A DNA stretch of 64,000 nucleotides from the IMG/VR virus record IMGVR_UViG_3300021399_000098, one strand, 5' to 3'. The stretch is from a virus (Duplodnaviria; Caudoviricetes). A program made the translations under genes and the position numbers. Within the stretch, counting starts at the first letter, position 1, and every line of letters starts with the position of its first letter. Positions 25,351 to 34,968 of this stretch are shown here, piece after piece. The notes beneath the pieces are model-generated. The model saw only the letters and a program-made list of their open reading frames with translations. It made no database searches and had not been told where the DNA came from.

Positions 25351-27723
25351 TCATTTCAAAGCAATCTTCGAAATGTTATTTTCCTTCGTCACTGTTATAT
25401 GATAATCGCAAAAATCCTTAAAATCATCTAAATGCGTTATGTTTATGATGAAATCATAACTAGATAGTATTTTTTCTATAAGATGTTTGATGTTATCATA
25501 ATTTTCCTTGGCAACACGCCCTAAAATCTCATCGAACACCAAAAAGTTATTTCTTGGAATTGTGGACATGTCAGCTAAAACAGCTCTTAGAGCCAATGCG
25601 GATGCAGTAAGCTCAAATCCACTTCCACTTGCTAAGTCAGAATAAACTCCATCCTTAATCAAATAGAACATGACATCATTCTTCATATTTATACCAACTT
25701 CGACATCAAAATCACATACATCGCCAAGAAGCTGTGACAGTCTAGCATTTATTATAGGTAAAGTCTTTCTTAAAACCATTTTTGAAATTCCGTTCTTGCC
25801 AACAAGGTCAAGATAGATTTTCCAGTTCTTTACCAAGATTTCCTCTTCTTTAATCTTATTTATGATTCTGATTCTGCTGTCTATTTGTTCCCTATGTGAC
25901 TTAATGTTTGCTTCATTCGTTGCAATGTGAGTAGAATTAACCTCTCTGTTTTTTCTCTTGGAATTAATGTAGACATCAGTATTTCTAATCTGTAAGTCTA
26001 TTTGGTTGTTCTTATCTATTGCCTCACTGTTCTTTTCGTATTCCTTTTTCAATGAGTTATTTTCCTTGTACTCAGTCCTAAGACGTTCAACATTGACTTC
26101 AAGTGCAGACTTCTTAACCACTAATTGATTCTTCTTATCGTAAAGCTGCCTGCTCTTCTTCATTTCCTCTAACTTTTTTGAAAGAGTCTCTGTTTCAAGT
26201 CTTTTCTTTTTGCCATCCTCTTCTATTTTACTTAACTCTTCCTCAAGTGTTTTAATCATACTTGAATTGTCAACATTGTCAAGCTTTCTATGACAAGTAG
26301 GACATATTTCACTAGATTTCAAATGAGTAATGCTATGTTTTACGTTTTTGTATTTTTCGCCTATGACAGCAAACTCCTTGTTAGCCTCAGATACGGCTTC
26401 TTGCAGTTTATCATACTCTTCAACAGAAAAGTTAATATCGCCTATATCCTCTATTTCTTTGGTGATGTTTTTAAGTTCTTCGGCTTTTTTCTTGCCTTCT
26501 GCAATATTTCTTTCAATTGTGTTTTTAAGTGTTGTAATGTCAATTTTCAACAAAGATTCATCAATTGTTCTTTTGGATGATAAAAGTGTACTCTTATTAG
26601 ACTCTAGGTTAGATATTTCCTTATCTAAGTCAGAATTTTCCTTGATGTATTTTTTGTTGTCACTGACCAATGTCTTTATGTTTACTTCAAACGCACTGAT
26701 TTCTTGCCTAAGAGTTTCTTCATTATATTGGTTTGAAACCAAACTTGGCTTTATGGTTGAATTGAACGTTTCCCTAGCAATGGCATCTTTCTCTTCTATT
26801 GGCAATAAACCAATCCATCTTGAAAGCAGCCTACCCCTTTCAGTTTCCTTTTTATTAACCAAATCATCCAAAGAAGACTCTGTTATGGACATTATCAAGT
26901 CAAAGTCACTTTCCCTACCGATTGCTTCTTTAATTGCCTTGTTGGTCTGAATACTGTTTTCCTCTTGCTGGTTGTCTATATAATCCTCAAGTTCTTCTTT
27001 TCCGTCACCAACAACCTTGTAATACTCAACTTTTTGTGTGGTCTTACTCTTGTCAGTTCTCTTGTCTAGAGACGGTCTAGAAAGTGTTCTCTTGATTATG
27101 TAATCAACACCATCAATCGTGATACATCCTTCTACAACAACATTTGTTGACTGTGGAATATGCTTGTTAAATATTTTATCTTGAGTTGGAACTTTCGTTG
27201 TCTTTCCGAAAAGCAAAAAATGCAACAAATCAATGGCAAAAGTTGTCTTGCCACTCTGATTTGCAGGCTCTCCATTCAACAGAACAAGATTTTTGATATT
27301 TGTAAAATCGAAATAGTTACTGGCTCCATAGCTGAGAAAATTATCCCATCGTATCCACTTGATAGAATATCTCCTATATTTATCGTAAACTTGGTAATCA
27401 ATTTGCGCATTTATTTCGGAATCTATTTTTTTTATTAGTTCAAAATCATAGTCAGTTATGTTGTTCAGCTTCAAATAGTCTTGGAACAATTTCAACTGAA
27501 ACTGTGGTTCTTGTATATTTTGTATTATTTCATTGGTGATAGAAATGTCATCACCACCATCTGACTTCATTATAAACTCAGGTATAACCTTAATCCTATC
27601 CTTTGGCAGTCCATACTTTTTACTAACCTTTGCTATAATTGAATTTAACTTCTCTTTTGAGTAGTCGTATGGTGATACATTCCAATGAATGTTTACTTTT
27701 GATTTACTTCCAACTTCAATCAT
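25351..27723 (-). CDS. SbcC/Rad50/gp46-like recombination ATPase
   Basis: NFLSYG, Walker A NQSGKTT, coiled coils with CPTC zinc hook, Walker B LVFDE, ITH. Confidence 0.9.
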   Translation of the reverse strand: MIEVGSKSKVNIHWNVSPYDYSKEKLNSIIAKVSKKYGLPKDRIKVIPEFIMKSDGGDDISITNEIIQNIQEPQFQLKLFQDYLKLNNITDYDFELIKKIDSEINAQIDYQVYDKYRRYSIKWIRWDNFLSYGASNYFDFTNIKNLVLLNGEPANQSGKTTFAIDLLHFLLFGKTTKVPTQDKIFNKHIPQSTNVVVEGCITIDGVDYIIKRTLSRPSLDKRTDKSKTTQKVEYYKVVGDGKEELEDYIDNQQEENSIQTNKAIKEAIGRESDFDLIMSITESSLDDLVNKKETERGRLLSRWIGLLPIEEKDAIARETFNSTIKPSLVSNQYNEETLRQEISAFEVNIKTLVSDNKKYIKENSDLDKEISNLESNKSTLLSSKRTIDESLLKIDITTLKNTIERNIAEGKKKAEELKNITKEIEDIGDINFSVEEYDKLQEAVSEANKEFAVIGEKYKNVKHSITHLKSSEICPTCHRKLDNVDNSSMIKTLEEELSKIEEDGKKKRLETETLSKKLEEMKKSRQLYDKKNQLVVKKSALEVNVERLRTEYKENNSLKKEYEKNSEAIDKNNQIDLQIRNTDVYINSKRKNREVNSTHIATNEANIKSHREQIDSRIRIINKIKEEEILVKNWKIYLDLVGKNGISKMVLRKTLPIINARLSQLLGDVCDFDVEVGINMKNDVMFYLIKDGVYSDLASGSGFELTASALALRAVLADMSTIPRNNFLVFDEILGRVAKENYDNIKHLIEKILSSYDFIINITHLDDFKDFCDYHITVTKENNISKIALK

Positions 27724-27725
27724 AT

Positions 27726-28085
27726 TTATTTTTTCTTGATTATTTGTATTTTCCTAACAGTTATTGGTTTTGCTGTAGTTGTTTCTTCTCTTGATACACT
27801 TTTTTCTTCTGGCTCTTCAGCTCTTCTTTCTTCTCCTTTTTTCTGTTCTTCTTCATTTTTTGTAGGAGGGTCTTTTTTCTTTGAATTCGTACCATTTTTT
27901 TTAATGTCTTTAATGCCGTTATTTTCCCTTTCGATGTTGTCCTTTGGAGAAACACCAAACTTTACTATGTTAAAACCTTGCGTAGCACACCTGTTTGCAA
28001 ACGCATTAATGTCTTCAATTTCATTAAGTTCGCAATAAGACCTAATTGCTTTTTCTAGTGTAGGATTGATGTATAATCTAGCCAT
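27726..28085 (-). CDS. Hypothetical protein
   Basis: 119 aa; promoter upstream. Confidence 0.7.
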   Translation of the reverse strand: MARLYINPTLEKAIRSYCELNEIEDINAFANRCATQGFNIVKFGVSPKDNIERENNGIKDIKKNGTNSKKKDPPTKNEEEQKKGEERRAEEPEEKSVSREETTTAKPITVRKIQIIKKK

Positions 28086-28099
28086 TTAACATATTTTTG

Positions 28100-28131
28100 C
28101 AAATATATAAAAAAAATATTAAAAAAACAAA
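28100..28131 (-). promoter_or_regulatory. Bacteroidota-type promoter for the sbcC-sigma operon
   Basis: TTTG-N20-TATATTTG. Confidence 0.75.
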
Positions 28132-28187
28132 TTTTTTTGTTTATTAATGTTATTTAATATATTATTTTTTAATAAAAAATATATATA

Positions 28188-28961
28188 ATGGATAAAAATA
28201 ATAATAATATTATACTAGGTTTAGATGTATCTACTCAGTGTATAGGAATCTGTATACTCATAGATGATGGGTCTGAGTATGGAAAAGTTGTAGAACTTAC
28301 TCACATAAACCCTAAAGTTCCAACCAAAATAAAGGGTATTGAACAACTGTTCCTAAAGAAAAAAATATTTGAAGAGTTCCTAGTTAAATACAAAGACTTC
28401 GGAATAGACGATGTGATTATAGAAGAGCCTCTTTTAAGGTCTAACAACGTAAACACTGTATCAACGCTTCTAAGATTTAACGGTATGATTTCAGACTGCG
28501 TATATAATATTTTAGGCATTGTTCCACAGTACATTTCGTCATATAACGCAAGAGAGTATTCATTCCCTGAACTGATGTCCATAAGGAAATACGGAAAAGA
28601 TGAAAAACAATATGAATTTTCCAAAATACATAAAGAAATCAAAGACTGTAAACTAGTTCTGTTTGGAGGATACCCTTGGACTATTGACAAAAAAACTGTA
28701 ATCCAAGGAAAAGTAGCTGAAATATTCCCAGACATTGAATGGTTGTACGATAAAAATGGTGAGCTTAAAAAGGAGAACTTTGACGCTTGTGATGCATACG
28801 TAGCTGTCCTAGGATGGCTTAACAACAAACGAAACGGTGAACTTGAGTTTAAAAGTGAAATAGTTGGAGAGGCAGATGATGGTAGGGGAACAAGAGAAAT
28901 AGATTACATGATTTCATATTGGAATAAAAAAGAATTACGTAAAACTTACGTTAATGTTTAA
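28188..28961 (+). CDS. RuvC-like Holliday junction resolvase
   Basis: ILGLDVSTQCIG, VIIEEP and DACDA supply the RuvC acidic residues. Confidence 0.75.
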   Translation: MDKNNNNIILGLDVSTQCIGICILIDDGSEYGKVVELTHINPKVPTKIKGIEQLFLKKKIFEEFLVKYKDFGIDDVIIEEPLLRSNNVNTVSTLLRFNGMISDCVYNILGIVPQYISSYNAREYSFPELMSIRKYGKDEKQYEFSKIHKEIKDCKLVLFGGYPWTIDKKTVIQGKVAEIFPDIEWLYDKNGELKKENFDACDAYVAVLGWLNNKRNGELEFKSEIVGEADDGRGTREIDYMISYWNKKELRKTYVNV

Positions 28962-28965
28962 AATC

Positions 28966-29001
28966 AAAAAAGGATGAACTTCAGTTAGTTCATCCTTTTT
29001 T
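28966..29001. terminator. Bidirectional terminator
   Basis: AAAAAAGGATGAACT-loop-AGTTCATCCTTTTTT between convergent genes. Confidence 0.75.
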
Positions 29002-29661
29002 ATGTGTAAATACACAGCCAAAGTATTGAGACTTGTATATGTATTGGTCTATATATTCAACCCTAACGTCTTTGTTCTTCCATGCCGCATAGTTAAAAGA
29101 TAACTGGTCTCTATGACTACCGTTTTTGATTTCGTTAAACCAAGTTTCCATTAACCTTATACAGTCTTCGTTGTTATGGAATCTAAACAAAATACGACTC
29201 TGTAACAACCCATAGTTCTCTGGGAATCCTTCAGCCTTATATCTGTTTATCTGAGGAAGCATATTCTCTTCCGTGTCCTTACCAAAAGCAAGTATTGCGT
29301 AATATTCTTGGAAAAGACAATGCCTACTTGGATGCATCGGAACATACACTGATGACTTGGAATTTATGGAATATTTATCCAATACTTCGTTCAAGTCACT
29401 TTTTATTATTATGTTTCCATCTACCCATATTGACAAATCATACTCACTTAGTATCTTATGTGGGTTTACTTTAACATACCTCTGCTTCTTTACTTGGGAA
29501 AGCCCTTCAGTCTCTTTTGGCATGAGTCTAAACTTCCAAACGTTGCTTTTCATTGTCATGTCATCTGTGAAGCAGATATAATCAAAATCTTCAGTGACAT
29601 AGATAGGCTCTATTAACTCATCGTAACCGCCTGTTATACAAGTATAAATGACTTTTTTCAT
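28990..29661 (-). CDS. DUF616 (TOD1/MUCI70-like) glycosyltransferase-like protein
   Basis: VIYTCITGGYD, YICFTD, KVNPH, SIWVDGN, HPSR.C, RDQLSFNY. Confidence 0.85.
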   Translation of the reverse strand: MKKVIYTCITGGYDELIEPIYVTEDFDYICFTDDMTMKSNVWKFRLMPKETEGLSQVKKQRYVKVNPHKILSEYDLSIWVDGNIIIKSDLNEVLDKYSINSKSSVYVPMHPSRHCLFQEYYAILAFGKDTEENMLPQINRYKAEGFPENYGLLQSRILFRFHNNEDCIRLMETWFNEIKNGSHRDQLSFNYAAWKNKDVRVEYIDQYIYKSQYFGCVFTHKKG

Positions 29662-29671
29662 AACATTTTTT

Positions 29672-31156
29672 TTAAAGTATTCTTAATTTATGACTATCTT
29701 TTACTATTATTCTAGAACTTGTTCTATGTTTAGGCTTAACTTCTGATTTTAACCTAGGCGTTAGTTTAAATTTCGGCATATGTCCGTTTGCCTTTTGGAA
29801 ATAAGCGCAAGAATCCGTCCTTTTATCCAAATAAACTATTTTAACATCTGGGTTTTTCCAAGCCGCATAGTTAAATGATAATTGGTCTCTATGGGATTTG
29901 TCTTTTAATTCAATAAACCATGCATCCATCAATTTAATACAATCTTCATTATTGTGTACCCTTAACAACACATTGCTTTGCAACAAGCCGTAGTTGCTTG
30001 GAAATCCTTCTTTCCTATATTCTTCAACTTGTGGGTCAACTATTTCCTTTTTGTCTTTCCTTAAACTGACAACCGCCTTTGCCTCTTCATAAATGCAGTT
30101 TCTTAATGGATGTTTTGGAACATATACATAGCAATCGTCTTTCAACGATTTATTAACGAAATCATTCACGTCACCCTTTACTGTAATGTTTCCATCAACC
30201 CAAATTGATATATCATATTCACTTAAAACTTTATGCGGATTTATTTTCACGTATCTCTGCTTTTTGACTTGAGACAATTCTTCAGTTTCCTTTGGAAGAG
30301 GTCTTATCTCCCATACGTTACTTTTCATACCCAAATTATCCGTAAAGCATACATAGTCAAAATCATAGCATACATGCGTAGGCTCTTTCAATGAGTCATA
30401 ACCACCTGTTATGCAAGTGTATACAACTTTCTTGTTTTTTTCAGTTGACCAATACTTTTTGTTTTTCATAAGCCATTCTTTAGCATCAATTTGTTTATAA
30501 CGATGAAATTTTTTAGCGTCACTAGTCCATGAACCAGCTTTATAGTGTTCTATATAATCATCATCTTTTATTTCTTTAATTCCATACTTTTCAGCATGTA
30601 GAAAGAAACTTGCACCTGTGTCGTACTTTTCACCATTTGGCGTTTTATATAGTCCGTACATTTGGTCTGAATTAAAGAAATGAACACCCTTTTCCTTACA
30701 AAGTTTATTATTAATGAAACAAATGTAAGGCAGCACTCTTTTGACATTAAACCTAGGCTGTGTTATTACCTCTGCGCAGCAAATCGCATCATCTACAAAC
30801 AAATTGGAAATATCCCTTTTCAACAATACGTCAGAATCAAGCAATATGAAATTATCATCCATAAGCTCCATGCACTTTTCTACACTGTAACAATGCTTGG
30901 CACTAGCCCATTTGTTAAGCTTTCCGCTAGATTTCATCCTATTTGGAAATTTCTCTAGCCACTTATCAAAATCGATTATCTGGCCTTTTGTATTGTCAAA
31001 AATGGTAACATTGTCAAACTCTGCAACAAAGGGGTTTTTGTCGCTGTTGTCAAATATATGTATTTTTGCGTCTTCAACAAACAAATTAATACTCCTCACC
31101 AAACACTCAGTAAGGTAAGGAGTATTGTAGTGTATTATTAAAATGTTTTTGTTCAT
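29672..31156 (-). CDS. Two-domain glycosyltransferase (GT-A/GT2-like plus DUF616)
   Basis: N-terminal half has HYNTP, IFDNSD, LLDSD and YDTG; C-terminal half is paralogous to 28990-29661. Confidence 0.85.
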   Translation of the reverse strand: MNKNILIIHYNTPYLTECLVRSINLFVEDAKIHIFDNSDKNPFVAEFDNVTIFDNTKGQIIDFDKWLEKFPNRMKSSGKLNKWASAKHCYSVEKCMELMDDNFILLDSDVLLKRDISNLFVDDAICCAEVITQPRFNVKRVLPYICFINNKLCKEKGVHFFNSDQMYGLYKTPNGEKYDTGASFFLHAEKYGIKEIKDDDYIEHYKAGSWTSDAKKFHRYKQIDAKEWLMKNKKYWSTEKNKKVVYTCITGGYDSLKEPTHVCYDFDYVCFTDNLGMKSNVWEIRPLPKETEELSQVKKQRYVKINPHKVLSEYDISIWVDGNITVKGDVNDFVNKSLKDDCYVYVPKHPLRNCIYEEAKAVVSLRKDKKEIVDPQVEEYRKEGFPSNYGLLQSNVLLRVHNNEDCIKLMDAWFIELKDKSHRDQLSFNYAAWKNPDVKIVYLDKRTDSCAYFQKANGHMPKFKLTPRLKSEVKPKHRTSSRIIVKDSHKLRIL

Positions 31157-31192
31157 AACATTTAATATGTATTATTTTTTTATTTTTTTTTT

Positions 31193-32710
31193 TTAAGACT
31201 TACTTAAGTAATCCATCCCAGTTGATGCTTTTCTTCCTATTTGCTTGTTCATTGCTTTTAAAGCACTTTGATTGTTTTTGTAATCTTCTGGCGTATCTGA
31301 TAACTCCCAATTTGGGTCATAGTTCTCAAAATACCCATTTCCTATTTCAGCATCCTTTATTATACCTAATAACATCTTTCTAACGTCTTTCCAACCCTCA
31401 TCCCAAGTATCACCTTGAATGACTCTAAGTTTTCCACCGATTTTTTGTATAACTCTTATTCTAACTGGTTTAGAATGGCCACCGTATTGCCAACCGTTAT
31501 AAGGAATTATGACATAGCCGCGACCATCTAATTTGATGTCTCCAGACAAACCGTATGCGTCTCCTTGTTTATCCATCAACGGCCATTTATCACCGCCTTG
31601 TTTTTCTGCTGCACTATGGTATGCTTCATTAGCTTGTTGTATTAAAGCTTGTATTTTGTCAATTGGATTAACGGCTTCATTAACTAACTTTCTAACTGCA
31701 TTTTTTACTATTGCATGTAAATCAGACTCAGTAAGTCTAACTAATTTCTTATTGTTTCTATTTACAGATTCACCGTACATATCATAATATTTTTGTCTAT
31801 CTACATGAGTAATTGGATAGTTCTCAGTGTCATCCTTTAATGGATTATACTTTGCATCATATCTGTTGTTAGCAAGTTTTATAAACACATTAGGATTAAT
31901 AGGAATTGTATTGCTTCCACTTCCTATATGGTCTGTGAATCTATCGTTAATAGCAAACTTCTTAACTCCATCAATTTTACAGCTAACCCACAATATTCTT
32001 TCATACATCAATTTTAAGACGCTAAAATTCAAGTTTTTAAGGTCTTGAATGTATTTTTTGATTTCACTTTCTTGTACACCAAGTTCTCTTAATGCCTTAA
32101 CGCCCTCTGGGTCACTCTTTGACACAAGACTAGCAATAGCGTTTTTATTAAGTCCACCATAAAGTTTGCCATCCTTGACCATCAAATAAGAGGTTTCATA
32201 TTTGTCCGTTATAGCACCATTCTGGTGGGTATAAAGTTTTCCTTTAGTATTGTCAGTTGCTCCTACTGAAACGTTACCGCCACCGAAGTTCTGCTTTTCG
32301 TCATGTTTTTCATCACGAGACCCTAACTCTACACCATAAGGTTTTAGTAAATTGTTAACCCCTTGTTTGTATTTACCATAAGCCTTTCCGTAGTTGTCTT
32401 CTGTCTGCCAATGGAAGGTAATGACTGAACGCTTTATAATACCAACTGGTAATGTATTTTTCCTACTAGCACCGCCTTGGTGAAAGTTCTTCAAAACATC
32501 ATAACCTCTAGTTCCTTTTCTTTGGTACTGTTCAATATCGTTACCAAATTTATCAATATTGATATTCTTACCTGTTAAGGTTTTACCTATTTTTGCTTCA
32601 CTTATGTAGCACAAGGTTAGATAAGTACCACCTTTTGCTGTAGACAAAGCATCAATTATACTGTCAAAACTTACCCTTTGTCTTCTCTCTTTTCCACCTT
32701 CTCCTATCAT
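31193..32710 (-). CDS. Hypothetical protein with internal LTESDLH motif
   Basis: KKLVRLTESDLHAIVKNAVRKLVNE at about aa 322-346. Confidence 0.75.
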   Translation of the reverse strand: MIGEGGKERRQRVSFDSIIDALSTAKGGTYLTLCYISEAKIGKTLTGKNINIDKFGNDIEQYQRKGTRGYDVLKNFHQGGASRKNTLPVGIIKRSVITFHWQTEDNYGKAYGKYKQGVNNLLKPYGVELGSRDEKHDEKQNFGGGNVSVGATDNTKGKLYTHQNGAITDKYETSYLMVKDGKLYGGLNKNAIASLVSKSDPEGVKALRELGVQESEIKKYIQDLKNLNFSVLKLMYERILWVSCKIDGVKKFAINDRFTDHIGSGSNTIPINPNVFIKLANNRYDAKYNPLKDDTENYPITHVDRQKYYDMYGESVNRNNKKLVRLTESDLHAIVKNAVRKLVNEAVNPIDKIQALIQQANEAYHSAAEKQGGDKWPLMDKQGDAYGLSGDIKLDGRGYVIIPYNGWQYGGHSKPVRIRVIQKIGGKLRVIQGDTWDEGWKDVRKMLLGIIKDAEIGNGYFENYDPNWELSDTPEDYKNNQSALKAMNKQIGRKASTGMDYLSKS

Positions 32711-32714
32711 AGCA

Positions 32715-32987
32715 TTAATAGTTTTTTAACCAATAAGCGTTCTGAATGTTCTCATCAAACTCATCGTTATTTGTACGATATAGTTCTGCTGCCGTTGTTG
32801 CACTAGCTGAATCTATATTGTCTTGACTGTTGTACTCTTTGTCACCGAACACACTACTCACTTGAGTAATGTCATAGTAAGCACCGATGGCATAATGACC
32901 ATTTGCACCGAAAACAACAGAGTCTTCATCCAAATGCATTACCATTGCATTCAATATATCACTGTCTTTATACACTTTGTTTGCCAT
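32715..32987 (-). CDS. Hypothetical protein
   Basis: Start moved to MANKVYKD; TATTTAT motif ~19 nt upstream. Confidence 0.7.
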   Translation of the reverse strand: MANKVYKDSDILNAMVMHLDEDSVVFGANGHYAIGAYYDITQVSSVFGDKEYNSQDNIDSASATTAAELYRTNNDEFDENIQNAYWLKNY

Positions 32988-33005
32988 ATTAAAAACTAAT
33001 TTATA

Positions 33006-33054
33006 ATAAATATCTTTCAAGATTTGTTTTTATGAAATTTTTAATATATCTTTG
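33006..33054. promoter_or_regulatory. Divergent promoter pair: TATTTAT (minus) and Bacteroidota-type TTTG-N20-TATCTTTG (plus)
   Basis: ATAAATA at 33006-33012; TTTG at 33023-26; TATCTTTG at 33047-54. Confidence 0.7.
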
Positions 33055-33073
33055 CAATTAAAATAAGAACGGT

Positions 33074-34111
33074 ATGAAACAAGAACTTGAAAAGTTATAC
33101 AACATATTAACAGTTTTCCTAGGAGAGGCAAAGAATGGGTTTGATGAAAACACTTACCAATACCAATTCCCTTGCCCTAGGTGTATTGATAGGGATGGTA
33201 TTATGGAAGCTAGGAAATACAACCTAGAGGTCAACATTCAGAAGCAAGTCTTCCAATGTTGGAAATGCTCATCAATGGAAGATGACATGAAAGGTTCTAT
33301 CACGAAACTAATCAGAATGTACGGAAATGAAAAGCTTCTTTCAGAATACAAGGAAATCATACGTTCAATTAGGGAAAGCGAATTGTACAAGCTCCATTTC
33401 AGTGATAGTGACTTCAATATAGACACTTCCATAATAGAAAAGGAAGACTTGAAATTTCCACCAAGTTTCAAACTGTTCAAAAAAGACGGCAAAAACAACT
33501 ATGGAGCATTGAAATACCTTCAAAACAGAGGAATCGATTGGAACATCATAGAGCAATACAAAATAGGCTTTACCGAAAGGGAAGAAGATGACAAGATGAG
33601 AAAGTATTCATATAGGGTCATTATACCGTCATATAACGCCCTAGGAGAGCTTAATTATTGGGTGGGTAGGGATTACCTACCCACGTCAGATAAATTCGCT
33701 CTGAGGACAAAATATGCGAATCCTCAAGTAAAGAAAACTGAAATCATATTCAACGAAGACAAGATTAATTGGGATGCCGACATCACATTGGTTGAAGGTG
33801 CTTTCGACCATATTGTAGTTCCAAATTCAATTGCGTTGTTAGGTAAGGCACTAGACAAGGATTATAAGTTATATTGGGAATTAATTACTAAAGCTAATGC
33901 GAAGGTGAACATATTCCTTGATGCTGATGCGTTCAACACTGTAAAAGAACTATACAAGATGCTTAATCATGGCAGACTGTATGGAAAGGTGAGATATATA
34001 CCAGTTGAAGGTGATGAAGACCCATCGTCACTATACCAAATTGGTGGGTATAAAAAAATTGTTGAGCATCTTAGGAATGCCCAACAAATTAATGAGGTTT
34101 ATTTAACTTGA
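33074..34111 (+). CDS. DNA primase (DnaG/TOPRIM type)
   Basis: Zinc finger CPRC...CWKC, YLQNRGI, KYANP, LVEGAFD, LDAD, DP. Confidence 0.9.
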   Translation: MKQELEKLYNILTVFLGEAKNGFDENTYQYQFPCPRCIDRDGIMEARKYNLEVNIQKQVFQCWKCSSMEDDMKGSITKLIRMYGNEKLLSEYKEIIRSIRESELYKLHFSDSDFNIDTSIIEKEDLKFPPSFKLFKKDGKNNYGALKYLQNRGIDWNIIEQYKIGFTEREEDDKMRKYSYRVIIPSYNALGELNYWVGRDYLPTSDKFALRTKYANPQVKKTEIIFNEDKINWDADITLVEGAFDHIVVPNSIALLGKALDKDYKLYWELITKANAKVNIFLDADAFNTVKELYKMLNHGRLYGKVRYIPVEGDEDPSSLYQIGGYKKIVEHLRNAQQINEVYLT

Positions 34112-34239
34112 TTATCTTCGTTCACAAAGGAATACGTTGGTATGCCATCTTTACCAACAGACCAATTTACCTTAGAATAAGGCACATCTTTTTCAACAGA
34201 TGACCATGTTAAACCCATTTCACTATATACACTTTCCAT
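34099..34239 (-). CDS. Small hypothetical protein (46 aa)
   Basis: Below the track cut-off: MESVYSEMGLTWSSVEKDVPY...QVK*, 5 nt downstream of the amidase. Confidence 0.5.
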   Translation of the reverse strand: MESVYSEMGLTWSSVEKDVPYSKVNWSVGKDGIPTYSFVNEDNQVK

Positions 34240-34244
34240 AATTA

Positions 34245-34892
34245 TTATTTTTTCAAAGAATTAAGATAATCTAGAATTCCTTCAATATGAGTCCTAACTG
34301 TAGCATGTACACCTATAGTTGAAGTTAAATACTCCAAGTCATCCTTATTGTCATAAAAGAAATTCTCAGTTAATACTGCTGGACACTTTGACTTCTTGAT
34401 GATATAGAAATCAGCTTCCTTATCCCTATCACCGTCAGTCCAATCAGTTCTTATTTTTCTGCCTTCAAAGTTCTTTTCAGCCCTTTTATAAAGATATTCA
34501 GCAAGTGTATCGGATTTGGTTTTGCCTCTTGTTGTATAAGCTTCCCATCCTTTTGCATTCATCCAGTCATTTCCAAGACCAACTGCATTAGAATGAATTG
34601 ACACCAATATTACATTACTAGCCCCATACTTATTGCATAATGTATTAACTCTTCTAACCCTCTCAGAAAGAGAAATATCTGTGTCTTCAGGAACCAATAA
34701 TCTTGCATCATAACCATAGGCTTTCAATTCTTCAACAACATCGTCTGCTATAACTCTGTTGTATTTCCACTCACGGAATCTTCCTTTGTTAGTAAATTCT
34801 GCATCAATTTTCATGTCACTCTCTAATAAAGGACTGAATTTTCCGTTCTGCTCTGTATTAGAGCCATGTCCATTGTCAATTAGTATAATCAT
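34245..34892 (-). CDS. N-acetylmuramoyl-L-alanine amidase (Amidase_3), probable endolysin
   Basis: ILIDNGHG, E..YN, LSERV...N, VSIHSNA, PAVLTENFFYDN; start moved to MIILID. Confidence 0.92.
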   Translation of the reverse strand: MIILIDNGHGSNTEQNGKFSPLLESDMKIDAEFTNKGRFREWKYNRVIADDVVEELKAYGYDARLLVPEDTDISLSERVRRVNTLCNKYGASNVILVSIHSNAVGLGNDWMNAKGWEAYTTRGKTKSDTLAEYLYKRAEKNFEGRKIRTDWTDGDRDKEADFYIIKKSKCPAVLTENFFYDNKDDLEYLTSTIGVHATVRTHIEGILDYLNSLKK

Positions 34893-34914
34893 AATTTTTT
34901 CATATTTTATTATT

Positions 34915-34953
34915 ATAAATATTTGCATTTTAACATTATTTTACATATCTTTG
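34915..34953. promoter_or_regulatory. Divergent promoter pair: TATTTAT (minus, amidase) and TTTG-N20-TATCTTTG (plus, sbcD)
   Basis: ATAAATA at 34915-21; TTTG at 34922-25; TATCTTTG at 34946-53. Confidence 0.7.
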
Positions 34954-34968
34954 CAGAAAGTTTAAAAT

